Part shown: positions 36,383 to 49,057 of the stretch, one piece after another
How the letters are laid out: each line of letters opens with the position of its first letter
Position numbering within the stretch: position 1 is the first letter of the stretch
Assembly: GCA_951804945.1 (NCBI GenBank)
Contig: OX638149.1
Coordinates: forward strand, 93,496,001-93,560,000
Direction of reading: 5' to 3'
Length of the DNA: 64,000 nucleotides
DNA from: Podarcis cretensis
Lineage: Eukaryota
Made by a program: the position numbers and the translations under genes
The notes under the pieces: model-generated
What the model was told of the DNA's origin: nothing
Databases searched by the model: none
The model's input: only the letters and a program-made list of their open reading frames with translations

Positions 36383-39300
36383 GTAAGAGAAATCTTTCCT
36401 TGGAGTGCCCCTTTTCCTACAACCCTGTAATCTTAACCTTTCCTCATGTTGCTTCTCTGTCAGCATTTACCAGCAGGGCTTGATATTAGTAAGTGACTTA
36501 ATATCAGGAAAAGTGCCATAGTTCAGAAGTAGAGTACCTGCCTTGCATTTAGAAGGCCCCATGTTTAATTCCTGGCATCTCCAGGTAGGACTGGGCAAGA
36601 ACTTGGTCTGAAACCCTCAAGAGTTTCTGGAGATAAATACTGAGCCAGATGGACCAATGATCTGACTCAGTATAAGGCAGGTTCCTATGTTGTTAACTTG
36701 GCTTCCTCCGTGGACAACTGAGGCAGAAATCCAGTTGCAAGCTATTGCCTCATCATCACCATGATAAGTCATGGTCTGAGAAACTGTCCAGAATAATGGT
36801 ACTGGAAGATGGTCACTAGCCTATTTGGGTGGTTCTCACCATTATCATGGTGGAGAGCATAGGTGGATAGTTCTAGGATGGATAGCCACTAATGTTTGTT
36901 GCATCTTGTGAACTGTTCAGGTACAGGAGTAAAGTGCTCAGATGGCACCCAGATAAAAATCCAGATAACAGGGCAGAAGCTGAACAGAAGTTCAAGGAGG
37001 TTGTGGAAGCCTACAAAGTCCTTTCAGACAGTAAGGCACCCAGTTTCTCTTCAGTGCTCCTTTTCTTCCTCTCTCCAATAGAACATTCACAGTCACAACA
37101 GCTAATTTATTTTTGACTGATTAATCCCAAATAAAAACATAATGAACATGGATTAAACTTTGTCAACTGCTCTAGAATGCAAATAAATGAACAAATAAAA
37201 ATAGTAACACTCCATTCTTTAGGCAGCGACACAAGGTTGCATAAGTAATTCCAAACTTCATTCATCTTTTTGTTTGCACAGTCGGAATTGTTAACATATT
37301 TTTTCCCAATCCTTCAATGCACATACGAGACCATTCCTACATTTGACCTTTGTTTTCTTCCACTCCAGTTTAAGCTGATTAATCTAATCTCCATTTACAA
37401 TTATCTTTGGAAGGATGGAAGTTCAACCTTCTACCTTGCTGACAGAATGATATTTTTTTCTTTACAAAGGCTTGAATATGGAGCTAAACTAACTATGATT
37501 GGAGCTAAACTTTACAAGAAATATGGATTTGCCACCACTCTGTCCTTTATCTCCAATTTCTAGTAAAATATAGCACAGTTTGGACTGTGGGTCAAATTAG
37601 ACTCAGCAGGAGTCTCACTTTGGCTGCAAGGTTGTTTACCCCAAACAATACCCACCTGCTCTGCACCCGACATCATTTGGAACATAAGGTGTGGGGCACG
37701 TAAATACGTGGTTGCAAAGAAACAATAAGGAGTTTTAAGCACACTCTTGATTGTTCCTTTGCAAGCAGAGCTCACTAACAGCAAGGCCTTTGGAAGCTGG
37801 TGTGGTTAGGAGTCAAACTGCACTTGTAACTGGACATTTTTATTTTGTAGACCAGCTTTGCAAAGAGCTGCAGAGAAACAATATCCTTTTGCAGGCATGG
37901 TTTGCATCCAAACCATGCCTACAAAAGGCCAAAGCGGGGCTCACTGTCAATATAAATCAGTTGATCAGCACTAACAGCAGGCCCCTCTGAAGTTGTCGCC
38001 TGACATCATAAGACAATTAACAATTGGGCGGCTCTGCCCACCTGTCAAAGTGGCCTGGAGGTGGCAGTGGAAGTCATGTTCTGGCCCAGCAGTTGGAAAA
38101 GATACCACACCCCATCATGCGCTGTGCATCTCCCCACTGTCAAACTGATATTACATTCTTCACATCCACTTCCCAGCCATGCTTCCCCCAGGGAGGTTCA
38201 CCTGGCGCCTTCATCGTATCTTTTGGCAACAGGCAAAAACATTCCTCTTCTCTCAGGTCTTTGTTTAATTAGCCAGTTATGGCCTTTTAAACTGTTTTTG
38301 TTTCTTACTGTGTTATGTATTTTTGTGTTTTTATAATGTAAACTGCCCTGTGAGCCTCGGAAGAAGGGTGGCATAGGAATGGAGAGAACTGAGGTCCAGA
38401 GACAGCGGCTTGTCTAATAGTCACTGAGTTGGATTTATGGATGTGGTGTGGTTTGAATCAGGGGCTTCTTGGTTTCTTTAACATGATGCAGAACAGCAGC
38501 AATAAAACTGGAAAACTCAAAGCTAGAGATGAAGAGGCAGCTTGAAATTTCCTTCCACTTTTACCACTTTTTCCAGGAAGCACACGTAACCAGTATGATG
38601 GGAGCAGCACAGAGACATTCAAAGAAACAAGTGAGTAGTCTAGAGAAGAGGCCAAGGGCCTCGTCCCAACCTCTGATTAAGCCTAGTAACATCTCTAAGG
38701 CTTAGTGGGACTTACCAACCTGTCCGCTTCAGTTCCTCTTGCATTCATATTTTTCCAGCCTTTCACCACATTTCCACATCAGTTTGCATTTTTTTCTTGA
38801 AGCCCACATATTTTTGCGTTCATTTTTCCTAAAGTGCATGATTTTTGCATGTGACATTGCATCCACTCTATCCAGTTTTTCAAGCAATTTCCTCTAGTAT
38901 GATGCATTTTGGAACATGATTTTCATGAATATATGTACACTTTTTTGTACACAAATGTTGTTGCAAAATTCCGAGAGGTCTGACTTTTGAAAGATAGCTG
39001 TGTTTTGCTTTGTGTATTGGATATGCGAATCGGGTAGGTTTGCATTAAAATGCTAGGCAAACAAATTTCTCCCTCCGTTCCTAACAGGACATTAATGGTT
39101 CTGTTTAGCACTGGGCTCAGGAAAGCAACTGAACACTCTTTGCAGCTCTTTCACCCACTTTTTAAAAGGATTGCTCCAGCAATCTTTAAAAGGGTGGGAG
39201 AAACTGCTGCAAAGAGCATTCAGCCCTATCCTGTGCTTAGACAGGATTGTGGGGACCACAAAGGATTTCAGTGGGTGTGTGGATCAACCCACCTGTCAAA

Positions 39301-42300
39301 CATGTGATGCCATAGTGGTGTTGTGACTGCCAGATGGATCATCTCACCACCTGCAGAGCCCAAAATGTTCCCCACCCCTATTGTACACATACCTCAAGAG
39401 CTATGAATGGTTTTCAAAAGTCTTCTTCACCCGTATGTGTTTAAAGAGATCCAGAATCTAATTCTATTTCCTTACGCACAAAGAAGCATGCCGCCCATTG
39501 AAAATAGCTACTATAATACATGTAGGTTGACTGTGTCTAGGGGTTTCATGACTGCTGCAGCCTGGTAGATTGGAAAGCAACTTGGAGCAAATAGCTAGTT
39601 CTGCCTCCAAGAAGAGATTATTTTGCCTCCTTTCCTTAATCCTCCTATACATCCTGTAGGAGAAGATGCAACAACTTTGGTGATGTTGTAACAGCTCATT
39701 TTTATTTTTCAAAACCATGCTATTTACATATCCCTTTCAAACAGCACAGCATTTGGAATTGTTTCCCTTTCTCTCTCCTTAGAGAGATCTGAGGATGAGA
39801 AGCACCTGTCTGTGTTTGATCACGATGGCATCAAAATATTCTTCACAAAACAACGTTCTTCTTCAGGTAATCTTTACATCCTTTCTGGAAAACTGCTCTG
39901 CTGTGAAGCCTGTTGGTTGCCACAGCTGTTAGCTTAGGACTGCTAATTCAAGTACCCAGGGCTTTTTTTCCAGCCAGAACTTACCGGAACTCGCTGGAAC
40001 TCAGTTCCGGCACATCTCAGGTGGGCTCCATTACCATGATAAGAGAACAAGGGAGGCGATCATGGTGAGTTCCGGCACCTCTTTTTCTTGAGAAATAGCA
40101 CTGCAGGTACCTATATTACATACCTGTGGTGAGGCTTCTGTTTGTGGCACAGTATTCTGATACTGTGAGAGAGAAAGTAATAGCCAGGTTTTAAGGATTT
40201 AACCAAACTGAGAATACATACAGGCCAGGCATAAACTATGCTGTGGAAAGAGAGCAGAAGAGCAATGCCCATATGTATCCTAAGGAAAAGATTATTTGGA
40301 AGGGTGTGTTGATCATCATCATCTCTATCTCTTTCTCTCTGTCCCTCGGCCTATTTCTGGTTTCAATATTTCAGTCCCACTTGTCCTTCTGGTGCTTTGT
40401 GCCAAAGTGGTGACTAAACAGCAGCATAAGACTTCTGCTGTTGTTACCAGCAACCCTTCCTCCCATTGCCAGTGTTATCAGAAAAATCACTAAAGCTGAT
40501 GTAAAAATCTGCTGGGGCGGAAGCTGCTGTGGAGGTGATTTGATCCTTAGGGAGCAAGTTCAATAGCTCCAGAGGTCCGTTTCAGTCTTATAACTAGTAT
40601 CGCTGAGGTAACTGACGAGACAAGTGTAGCCAATATTATGACCTCCTGATGTTTTGGGAATCAAACCTGCATCACACCCAGGCAGCAACTTCTGGAGGGC
40701 ACTGAGTTAGCTACCCCTGACCAGAGCATCTTACAAGAGAGGATGAAAGATGAATGACAGTGTGCTTGTTTTGTGTGTGCTTGTGTAATTTGTGGCCTGG
40801 ATGCACTTCATAATGAGTATGTGGCAACCTGTGTGTTTCAGATTTTTCTGTATCCTTCTTCAGTGCTCCTAAAAGGTTCCATCACTTTTCCATCATGACT
40901 GCCTTCATGAATGGCAAAAAAATCACAACCAAAAGGTAAGGTGCGGGGGACATCTTTGTAGGAATCTTCTCCTTAAGTCTTGATTCTCCTGGCTGCATAA
41001 CTCTGTGTGTTTGCAATGTGCAAGCATGTCCAAAAGCAAAATGTCTCTGAAATACCAGTTGCTGGGAATTACAGGTGTGCACTCATGTCCAGCTTGCAGG
41101 CTTCCCATGTCACATGGACATTTGTTTGACCACTGTGAGAACAGGATGCTGGACAAGATGGGCGATTGGCCTGATCCAGCAGGCTTGTTTTATGTTCCTA
41201 ACTCCTGGGTCCAGGATAATGTAAAGTATCTGTGTTTATACTTTGTATGTTGCTTGGAGTCCGGAGGGTAGCAAGCAAGTAATGTGTCTAACTCTCTCAG
41301 GTGTACAGGATGTGAGAGGGTATCTGTACGTCTTTAGAGGAAAGAGGTACGTGAGTGAGTTTAACAGTCATATGTCTGCCTTACAGAATTTGTGAGGAAA
41401 CTTTTATTAGATGAATATTTGAGACAACAGTGACTTGATGGGCAGATTCCTACACACATATACAGTGGTACCTCAGGTTACATACGCTTCAGGTTACATA
41501 CGCTTCAGGTTACATACGCTTCAGGTTACAAACTCCGCTAGCCCAGAAATATTACCTTGGGTTAAGAACTTTGCTTCAGGATGAGAACAGAAATCGTGCA
41601 GCGGCGGCACAGTGGCAGCAGGAGGCCCCATTAGCTAAAGTGGTGCTTCAGGTTAAGAACAGTTTCAGGTTAAGAACAGACCTCCAGAACGAATTAAGTT
41701 CTTAACCCAAGGTACCATTGTAGGAGCAAATAAAGTTCTCACATGCACATAGGGATCTATCCAAATGAGTGTTTGAACAAGGAGGCTATAATATGGAGGC
41801 TTCTCTTGTTCCTAAAGCATCTGTCCCTTGTTTGGTCAGGTAACTATGTGAAATCTTCTCTTTCAGACATCTCGAGAATGAAAGCAAGTACTTGGAAGTA
41901 GAAGAGGACGGGAAGACGGTATCTATCCATGTTAATGGTAAATTTGAGTGGGCTGTATTATGCCTTGTGACAGGTGTTAAATGCTTACCTCAGTGTGTAT
42001 AGGGCACCTCCGAGGAGCCTGATTTTCAGAAAGCATGCTTTCTCTCTTGAAAATTGAGACACCCAGAAAATTCTGACTCAGAGGGTTTTTTGTTTCCTTT
42101 TGCTTGAAAACCACCTTATTCTCTCACAGCTCATTAGGCAAGCAAAAAACAAAACAACAACCCAATAAGAAAACATGTTCTTTGCCCTGTAAATTGTAGG
42201 TAAGGATGATTAGCTTTGCAAGCAAACAAATGACTGAACAAATGAATGAATGAATAAAGGTTCAGGATATATGCCAAATACACTCAAATCTGGAATAAAG

Positions 42301-45300
42301 AATGGAAAAGACAGAACAATTTCATTGATTAGCATATGTTGTATTGGTGTAATCTAGGGAATCTACAATATTCACAATATATTAAGGCCTGGAATGGCAG
42401 GCAGGGGGAAGAGGGTAACATCCAGCTATTGCCAACGAAGTTCTACGTAGAGTAGACCTATTGAAATTAATGAGCCTAAGTTATGCATTTTCAATAATTT
42501 CAATGTGTCTACTCTGAGTATGACTGACACTGAATAAAACCCATTAGGTCATGATGATGATGACAGCAGCATTTATATGTTGCCCATCTGACCAAGTCCT
42601 CTGGGCACTTTACAAAGACAATAAAATACAAAAACAGAACAAAACAAAACAAAACAAAACACCTAAACCTAAAAACCAAAAAATAAAAGCCCAGCAATGC
42701 CATCCCCAAAGCAGCACAAGACACAGCTGATAAAAGAATTATAATCAGCACAACCAGCATAAACCAGGGGATGCTGGTTGCAAAAAATGAACCTTCTCTG
42801 GTTTATTCTAGTATTGTTCTCATTTACTTGGCAAAATTATGCACCTTAGTCAATCCAGGCACTGTTCTCCATTACCTGTCTTACATCTCCTTCAATGTCT
42901 GCTTCTCTCTCCCCTGTTGAATGTGTGTGGTGCATTATTATCCTAACTTCCATGGGACATGATAATGAGTGGCATGCAGTGCCTCTGTTTCATTCACATA
43001 ACATGCTTCTGCTTGGCACAAAGGAACTTCCTCCCCTGTATAGCTTTTACACACCCTTACAATTTGCCCCAGGGAATCTCTGGAAAGTCCTGTTGCATGA
43101 ATGGAATTTTGCTTACACAGCATTGAATACAACCCAAGCTGTTTACTCTTTTTCTTGGGTGTTTCCTTTGTGTGAGTATGATTAGCGTTCTTACTAAAGC
43201 CACCAAATGCAGACCACTGACCAAATTCTGGTGGGCCATCTGGTGGATGGTGGGATACTCAAGATCCCTTGCTGTTGCCTCAGACAACATAGGGACTTAG
43301 AGATCATATGGGGACCATAGGGTCTGAGAGAGAACATGTGTGGCTGAATTCAGCATACCCTTAGTGCAAATAGGATATAAGGGTGACAAAAAGGATTGGA
43401 TCTAGACTTAGTTATGCTTAGAGCAGACCCACAGAAATCTTGTTGATTGTGACTATCTTAAGTTGCATTGATTTCTGTGGGTCTACTCTAAGCATGACTA
43501 AGTCTGAATGCAACAGAATAGTTAACATTATTGTCAGCGAGTCATAAGAATTCTGGATGTTTACATGCTCTACAAATTTCATTCTATGGGAGAAACATAA
43601 ACCATGTCCTGAAATTGTGTGATAATTTTTAATCATGCTGGACATGGAAAGAGTGTGTAAATGCAGATCCTAGGCTTATTTCTGTAGCTCCATCACTGGA
43701 ACAGACCTCCAGTTGACCAATATATTCTGGCTCTTGCAGGCATACCTGTTTACGATAGAGAAATTAACGCAAACAACTGGGATTACAGGTTGGACAGGGG
43801 CTACTATTATCCAGAAAAGAATCGGTTTTGGACATGTGAAAGGCGTCGGTGGGCAGAAGACTGGCGGCGCTGGGCAAGCCAATGGCGAGACTGGGCAGAA
43901 GAGTGTCGAGACTGGGCTGAAGGAAAGCAACATGAGAAAGACAAGTGCTTTTCTGGGGCTAATGCTGGTCATCACTGGGCAAAAGCAACACAGGGTCCAA
44001 AGGCTAGTGAGGAACATCTCAGGTCAGACAGGGGTTGTCCTAGGCCAGGGGAAGGGAAATGTGATCTGAAAGAAGGACATAAGACTAATAAGGGACTATC
44101 TCGCCCAGAAGTGGAACACTCCAAGTCAGATAAAGGGTATTTTGTGTTTCCCAAGCCAGGTGAGAATTCTGGACCAGACGAAGGGCATCTCAAGGCAAAC
44201 AAGAGGCAACAAAGAGTGGACGAGGGGCATTCCCCATCAGATAAGAACAACTCAGGAGTTGTTAGGCTGGGGGGGGGACATACAGATCAGGACAAGGGGC
44301 ATGCCACAAGGAAAAAAGAGCAGCCTAGGCAGGATGAGGGGCAGCCCAGGCTAGATAAGGGGTCCCTCAGTTACAAGAAACCAGACCCTGTGTGTAATGA
44401 ATCAGCTATGAAGCCCAAGGTGGTTTCTGAACACAACCATCAGGCTTGGAATAGGGAGCCTCATGCTGGGAAACAGAAGCAACCGGCAGAAAGAAGCAAC
44501 CCACGTGCTGTGAAAAGCGAAAAACTGCTCAGAAAGAATGAGCCGAAGGATGACAAGCCGGAGTCCAAAGGTGAGAAGAACAGGCTTACTTTAGAGTCTG
44601 AACCTGGGAAGGGAACAGAATTCAATGGTATGAAGGGAAAGGCTTGCGTTGATACTAAAGTGGCTCCTCAAACACATCTGACTTCCTCTGGTGGCAAAGT
44701 GCTGCCACTGAAAAGGAAAGAGCCCCAGATTCGGGTAAGAAAGCTGTATGGCAAGAGGAGCAAGTCTCAAGCTGGAAGGAGGTCGTCGCACGGTGGTAGG
44801 AGCAAGTCCCGGGCAGGGAAGAATAGGGTGCCTGATGGGCAAAGTAAGACAGAGCCTGCGGGGAGCAGCTCATCTAAAGGACTCGATGAAGAACAGCCTG
44901 AGGGGAATGACTTAGCTAAAGACCCCGGTGAAGGAAAGCCTGAGAGGAACGACTCAGTTGAAGGACGCAGTTTAGGAGAGCCTGAGGGGAATGGCTCAGC
45001 TAATGGAAGCAGGGAGGTGCCACCTGAGGGGAAGCAGACACAGGCAGATTCTAAGGGTGCACTGCAAGGTCGGAAAAAGGGACCTCTATCAGCTCTCCTG
45101 GGGGGTGACATTTCTCTCCCAACAAAACACAGACTGCTCAGAAGAACAACACAATCTCGCCTCTTATCTGAAGTCCAGGGTGAAAAACATCAGTACGTAT
45201 CTGAAACGAGCCAGTTCATCAGCATGAATGACCAACGGAGAAGGAGACTGACCAAACTCCCTCAGTCTGGTACACAGCTTCCAAGTATTGAAGGCCAGAA

Positions 45301-45337
45301 ACTTGGAGCGAATCAGTTCCCAAATGTGACTCATTGA
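36318..45337 (+). CDS. DnaJ (Hsp40) subfamily B protein, divergent DNAJB2-like paralog; spliced CDS join(36318-36382,36921-37030,38577-38630,39783-39866,40842-40935,41867-41937,43740-45337), 691 aa
   Basis: All introns are GT-AG with compatible phases; 2076 nt = 692 codons with no internal stop; J-domain with HPD; NGKKITTKR and EVEEDG motifs of the DNAJB2/6/8 C-terminal domain. Confidence 0.85.
36510..36690 (+). mobile_element. tRNA-derived squamate SINE in DNAJB intron
   Basis: gccatagttcagaagtagagtacctgccttgcatttagaaggccccatgtttaattcctggcatctccagg...gatggaccaatgatctgactcagtataaggcaggttcctatgt. Confidence 0.75.
36921..37030 (+). CDS. DNAJB2-like coding exon 2 ([36 protein letters not shown])
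   Basis: 110 nt, ttcag| ... |gtaagg; HPD at 36946-36954. Confidence 0.95.
38577..38630 (+). CDS. DNAJB2-like coding exon 3 ([18 protein letters not shown])
   Basis: 54 nt, phase 1-1, ttttccag| ... |gtgagt; R..YD of J-domain helix IV; ends at c.229 as recalled for DNAJB2. Confidence 0.88.
39783..39866 (+). CDS. DNAJB2-like coding exon 4 ([28 protein letters not shown])
   Basis: 84 nt, phase 1-1, long polypyrimidine tract + ag, donor cag|gtaatc, open frame; little recognisable homology. Confidence 0.72.
39957..40103. mobile_element. hAT-like MITE
   Basis: Ends cagggctttttt / aaatagcactg; 8-bp TSD caagtacc/caggtacc. Confidence 0.75.
40842..40935 (+). CDS. DNAJB2-like coding exon 5 ([32 protein letters not shown])
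   Basis: 94 nt, tttcag| ... ag|gtaagg; NGKKITTKR motif of the DNAJB2/6/8 CTD. Confidence 0.9.
41463..41720. mobile_element. Tigger/pogo-type MITE (opposite orientation to the 22847 copy)
   Basis: TA-cagtggtacctc ... ggtaccattg-TA; internal 17-bp tandem ggttacatacgcttca x3. Confidence 0.9.
41867..41937 (+). CDS. DNAJB2-like coding exon 6 ([24 protein letters not shown])
   Basis: 71 nt, the size conserved in DNAJB2/6; EVEEDG motif; tttcag| ... g|gtaaat. Confidence 0.92.
43740..45337 (+). CDS. DNAJB2-like terminal coding exon (~532 aa Trp-heptad plus charged low-complexity tail)
   Basis: Acceptor ctcttgcag|gc is in phase with exon 6 (GIPVYDRE...) and continuous with the 515-aa ORF 43790-45337; AATAAA downstream. 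Confidence 0.85.
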
Positions 45338-45513
45338 CCAGGGGTATGTTCAAGCTAGCTGGCTCACATTTAAGCTCACCGTCTTGCTCAGTGATTTGTG
45401 ATCACCTCTGACTTCTGTGTTCACACCAGGCAGTGCAGGACCCCACATTTGCTGGGCTGCAATAGGAAGGAGAGTTTCCAGAGATTGTGGTCGGCAAGGG
45501 AGGTGTGTTTTTC

Positions 45514-45519
45514 AATAAA
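45514..45519 (+). terminator. Polyadenylation signal of the DNAJB-like gene
   Basis: AATAAA ~177 nt after the stop, followed by T/GT-rich sequence. Confidence 0.65.
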
Positions 45520-48026
45520 GGCAGTAATGTAACTCTCACAATTTATTGGTATGTGCTTATTAATCGGTAAGAAACAGGACATATATACAGGAGATGGTGA
45601 GCTAGCTCTCGCTTTCTACATTCCACATGAACCTGATTTTCCCCATAATCAGGATAGATTTGGGTTTGCTGAGCATCTGCTCACTTTTAATTCACCAGTG
45701 TGTTTCCATCTATGTTTGTAGATTACAGGATAGGCAAGTACACACAGAAGGGCCTTGCAAGTTGCAATATGGGACCTGATATTGCCTAGGCTTTCTTAAC
45801 CATGGAGGAAACACACAGCATTTCCAGCCCTAACCCATAAAGTAGGGTTGAGGCTGAGGTCCAGCTACAAGGGCCTTCTAGTGGATCCCTCACTGAGAAG
45901 GCACAGGGCCTTCTCAGTAGCGGTGTCCGCCCTCTCACCAGATGTCAAAAAGATAAATAACTATATGACATTTAGAATACGTCCGAAGGCAGTCCTCTAT
46001 GGGGAAGTTTTTTTAATGTTTGATGTTTTATTGTGTTTTTATATTTTGCTAGAAGCCGCCCAGAGTGGCTGGGGCAACCCAGTTAGATGGCCAGCATATA
46101 AGTACTACTACTAGTAGTGCTATTAATTATTTTGAGGGCCGTGTTCCCTCAGGTATAATCCATTGGAGGCCACATGCAGCCAGTGGGCTGGACCATTGTC
46201 AAAGGGAGCCATTGTAACAATTTATCTGCTACATTTGTATTAGGCAGAGCCCAAAGTGTGCATGTATGCTGCCTAGGTTGGGTTCCATGAAAGAAGAAGG
46301 GTGGTGGAGGAAGAAAAAGAAACAAAATGAAGAAAGTGGGCAAAGGAAGAACCAAATCTCTCTCTCTCTCCATTAACAGGCCAGAACGGATTGCTTGTAA
46401 ATGGTTTCTTCCCTTCCATTGCTTCATCCCTTTTGACTCTCTGTAATTTTCTTCTCCCTTCTCCCTGCCCTTCTTTGCTTTCTCTGGGCCCCACAATGCT
46501 CCATGGCTTTCAGCAACACATGAGACAGCAGTGCTAGCATTATAACCAGTAAAACTAACACAATAAACCCCACATCTCAGTACAGCCATAGATGCTGCCT
46601 TTACCTGATGGAATATTAGCATCTCAGGGGAAATATACAAAGGTAGCCATTGTAACAATTTCCCTGTGACATTTGTGTTAGGCAAATGTGAATGTGATTC
46701 CTCTGGTGTTGTTGTTCCCATGTCATGTTATATTAAATTTGACATGGCACAGATCCTTAAAACATTAATTCCCATCTTCCGGTGATAAGATACACCGTAG
46801 CAATCCTATCATGTTCTATAATTTATTTTGAGGCAGTTCACAAGCATCTTTTAATGATTTGTTTATCTCCTCTGAAATGATTAACACATCACTCTTCAAA
46901 GGTCCTTATTAGATAAGTAACATGCCACCAACTGAGCTATTGGGCATGAAATTAGGAGATGGACAAAACTCAGGTTCTGGATGAAGCTGAAAATGTATTT
47001 TTACGCTGTCAATTATGAAGTGATTCTGGGCTTCAGCATCTGCAGCATCACTTTGAACAGTAACTGGGCTATTGTTGCGGGGAATCTAAATATCATCCCT
47101 CAAGAGCACTTACACTGTGGATACATTTTCATTCCACAGCACCAAAATTACAATATTTTGTCTCTGCAAACATGGTAATTTCTCCTGTGGGTAGTACCCT
47201 TACCACGATAGTTTGCATAGTCTGGACTAGTTGTACAAATGTCAAGACAAAGGATAGGCTTGACTTCATGACTATTATAGTACTGTGACAAACAGTATAA
47301 CTTCCTTTCTATGTGCAGTGACTGCACCATTTTGTAACTTTAAAATGTGTGCACATGCATGCATGGATCAAACAACTGATCTAGTTTATTCAGAAGGGAG
47401 CCTCATTTTGTTCAGTAGGACTTTCTTCCCAGTGTGTTGTGGAGTGCAGTCTTTCATTGCAATCCCATACAGTACATGTCTTTTACTTCAATAGGGCAGA
47501 TAAGTGTGCATATTATTGCAGCCTTTGTTCATACTGTAACCTCTTAAAAATTGCAGTTCTCATTTTTTTTAATGGATGGTGAAATTCTTCATGAATAGTG
47601 TTATTGACCTTCCTTGGAAATGTAAATCATCATGGTGCAGTTGTTTATTGATTGTACCAAGGTGTGGTTTTATTTTAAAATGCCTTGCACTCCAAAATGG
47701 TTTAAAATGTGTGCAGTATTACTAAATCAAAGAGCAGATAAAAGGGAAAACAAATTGAGAAGATGGAAACATGTGCTGTTCTAATACGTGAACTTTCAAG
47801 AAATATTCAAAGGACAATAGTTTGAGCACTCCAAATTGATTTTGTGTTTTAAGGTCAGAAGCAGGCCTGACTGTTTTGTAAATCACATGGCTTGTGGGGG
47901 AGTCTTTTTGAACTTACAGTTTTATTGATTTTTTCCCCCGGGGGTGGGGAGCATGTTTACCAATAGGAAAGGAATGTTATGACCATAATAATGATAATGG
48001 ATTGTATCCAGCTAAGTCAGACTCAG

Positions 48027-48388
48027 GGGACGCAGGTGGCGCTGTGGGTTAAAGCCTCAGTGCCTAGGACTTGCCGATCGAAAGGTCGGCGGTTCGAATC
48101 CCTGCAGCGGGGTGCGCTCCCGCTGCTCGGTCCCAGCGCCTGCCAACCTAGCAGTTCGAAAGCACCTCCGGGTGCAAGTAGATAAATAGGGACCGCTTAC
48201 CAGCGGGAAGGTAAACGGCGTTTCCGTGTGCGGCTCTGGCTCGCCAGAGCAGTGATGTCACACTGGCCACGTGACCCGGAAGTGTCTCCGGACAGCGCTG
48301 GCCCCTGGCCTCTTAAGTGAGATGGGCGCACAACCCCAGAGTCTGTCAAGACTGGCCCGTACGGGCAGGGGTACCTTTACCTTTACCT
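48027..48388 (+). mobile_element. Sauria SINE (young, CpG-rich)
   Basis: gggacgcaggtggcgctgtgggtt ... (ACCTTT)n; 14-bp TSD taagtcagactcag at 48013-48026 and 48389-48402. Confidence 0.93.
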
Positions 48389-49057
48389 TAAGTCAGACTC
48401 AGTGGAAACGCACTGGCATGTCCTACTTAATTGCATTGATTTCAATGGGTCTGCTCTATAACTTAGCTGAATACAAACCCCAGTGCAGTTAAAGGTTTAG
48501 TATCTTCTGTCTATGATTATTACAGACCCTTAGTTTAACATCTGAAACCCTAACCTTCATGCTTTATGCGGTGTTATTAGTTGATGCTGTCAAGATTTGT
48601 CTGTGTGGGCATGTGACAGGGAGCTACAGCGATGGTGCTTCAGTGTTGCTGGTTCTGGGTAGGGGAAAGTAGAGCATGAGTGAAAGGGCTAGCAATAATT
48701 TGGGCCAGAGGCCTAGATGTGTGGTCCCATCCCCTAACTGTAGGGGAACATGGCGGGCTCCCCCCCCCCCGCAAAAAAGGAGTGGCGGCAAAACTAGGCC
48801 TTCTGGAGTTGGGGCCCTGATGGAATTGTTATGGGAGAGTGGTTCCTGTATGCAATAAATTGGTCACTTGCATGCCTTGGATGGAGATATACTCTCTGAA
48901 GGAGCAGATTCACATTTTGGGCATGCTTTGGGATCCAGCTTTGTCACCAGAGGCTCAGATGGCCTCAGTGGCTAGGACCACCTTTTATCATTCTTGGCTT
49001 TTGTGCTAGCTGCAACTGTTCTGGGACCAGGATAGCTTGACTGCAATACTCCAGGTA

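Noticed and set aside
36318-45337. Assigning the symbol DNAJB2, DNAJB6 or DNAJB8
   Set aside because: Exon sizes favour DNAJB2 ancestry, but divergence and domain loss suggest a paralog; orthology cannot be established from this window.
46200-46686. ~45-bp diverged direct repeat (aaagg.agccattgtaacaattt...acatttgt.ttaggca) and the 190-aa minus ORF spanning it
   Set aside because: Only two degenerate copies with no element hallmarks; the ORF includes low-complexity sequence.
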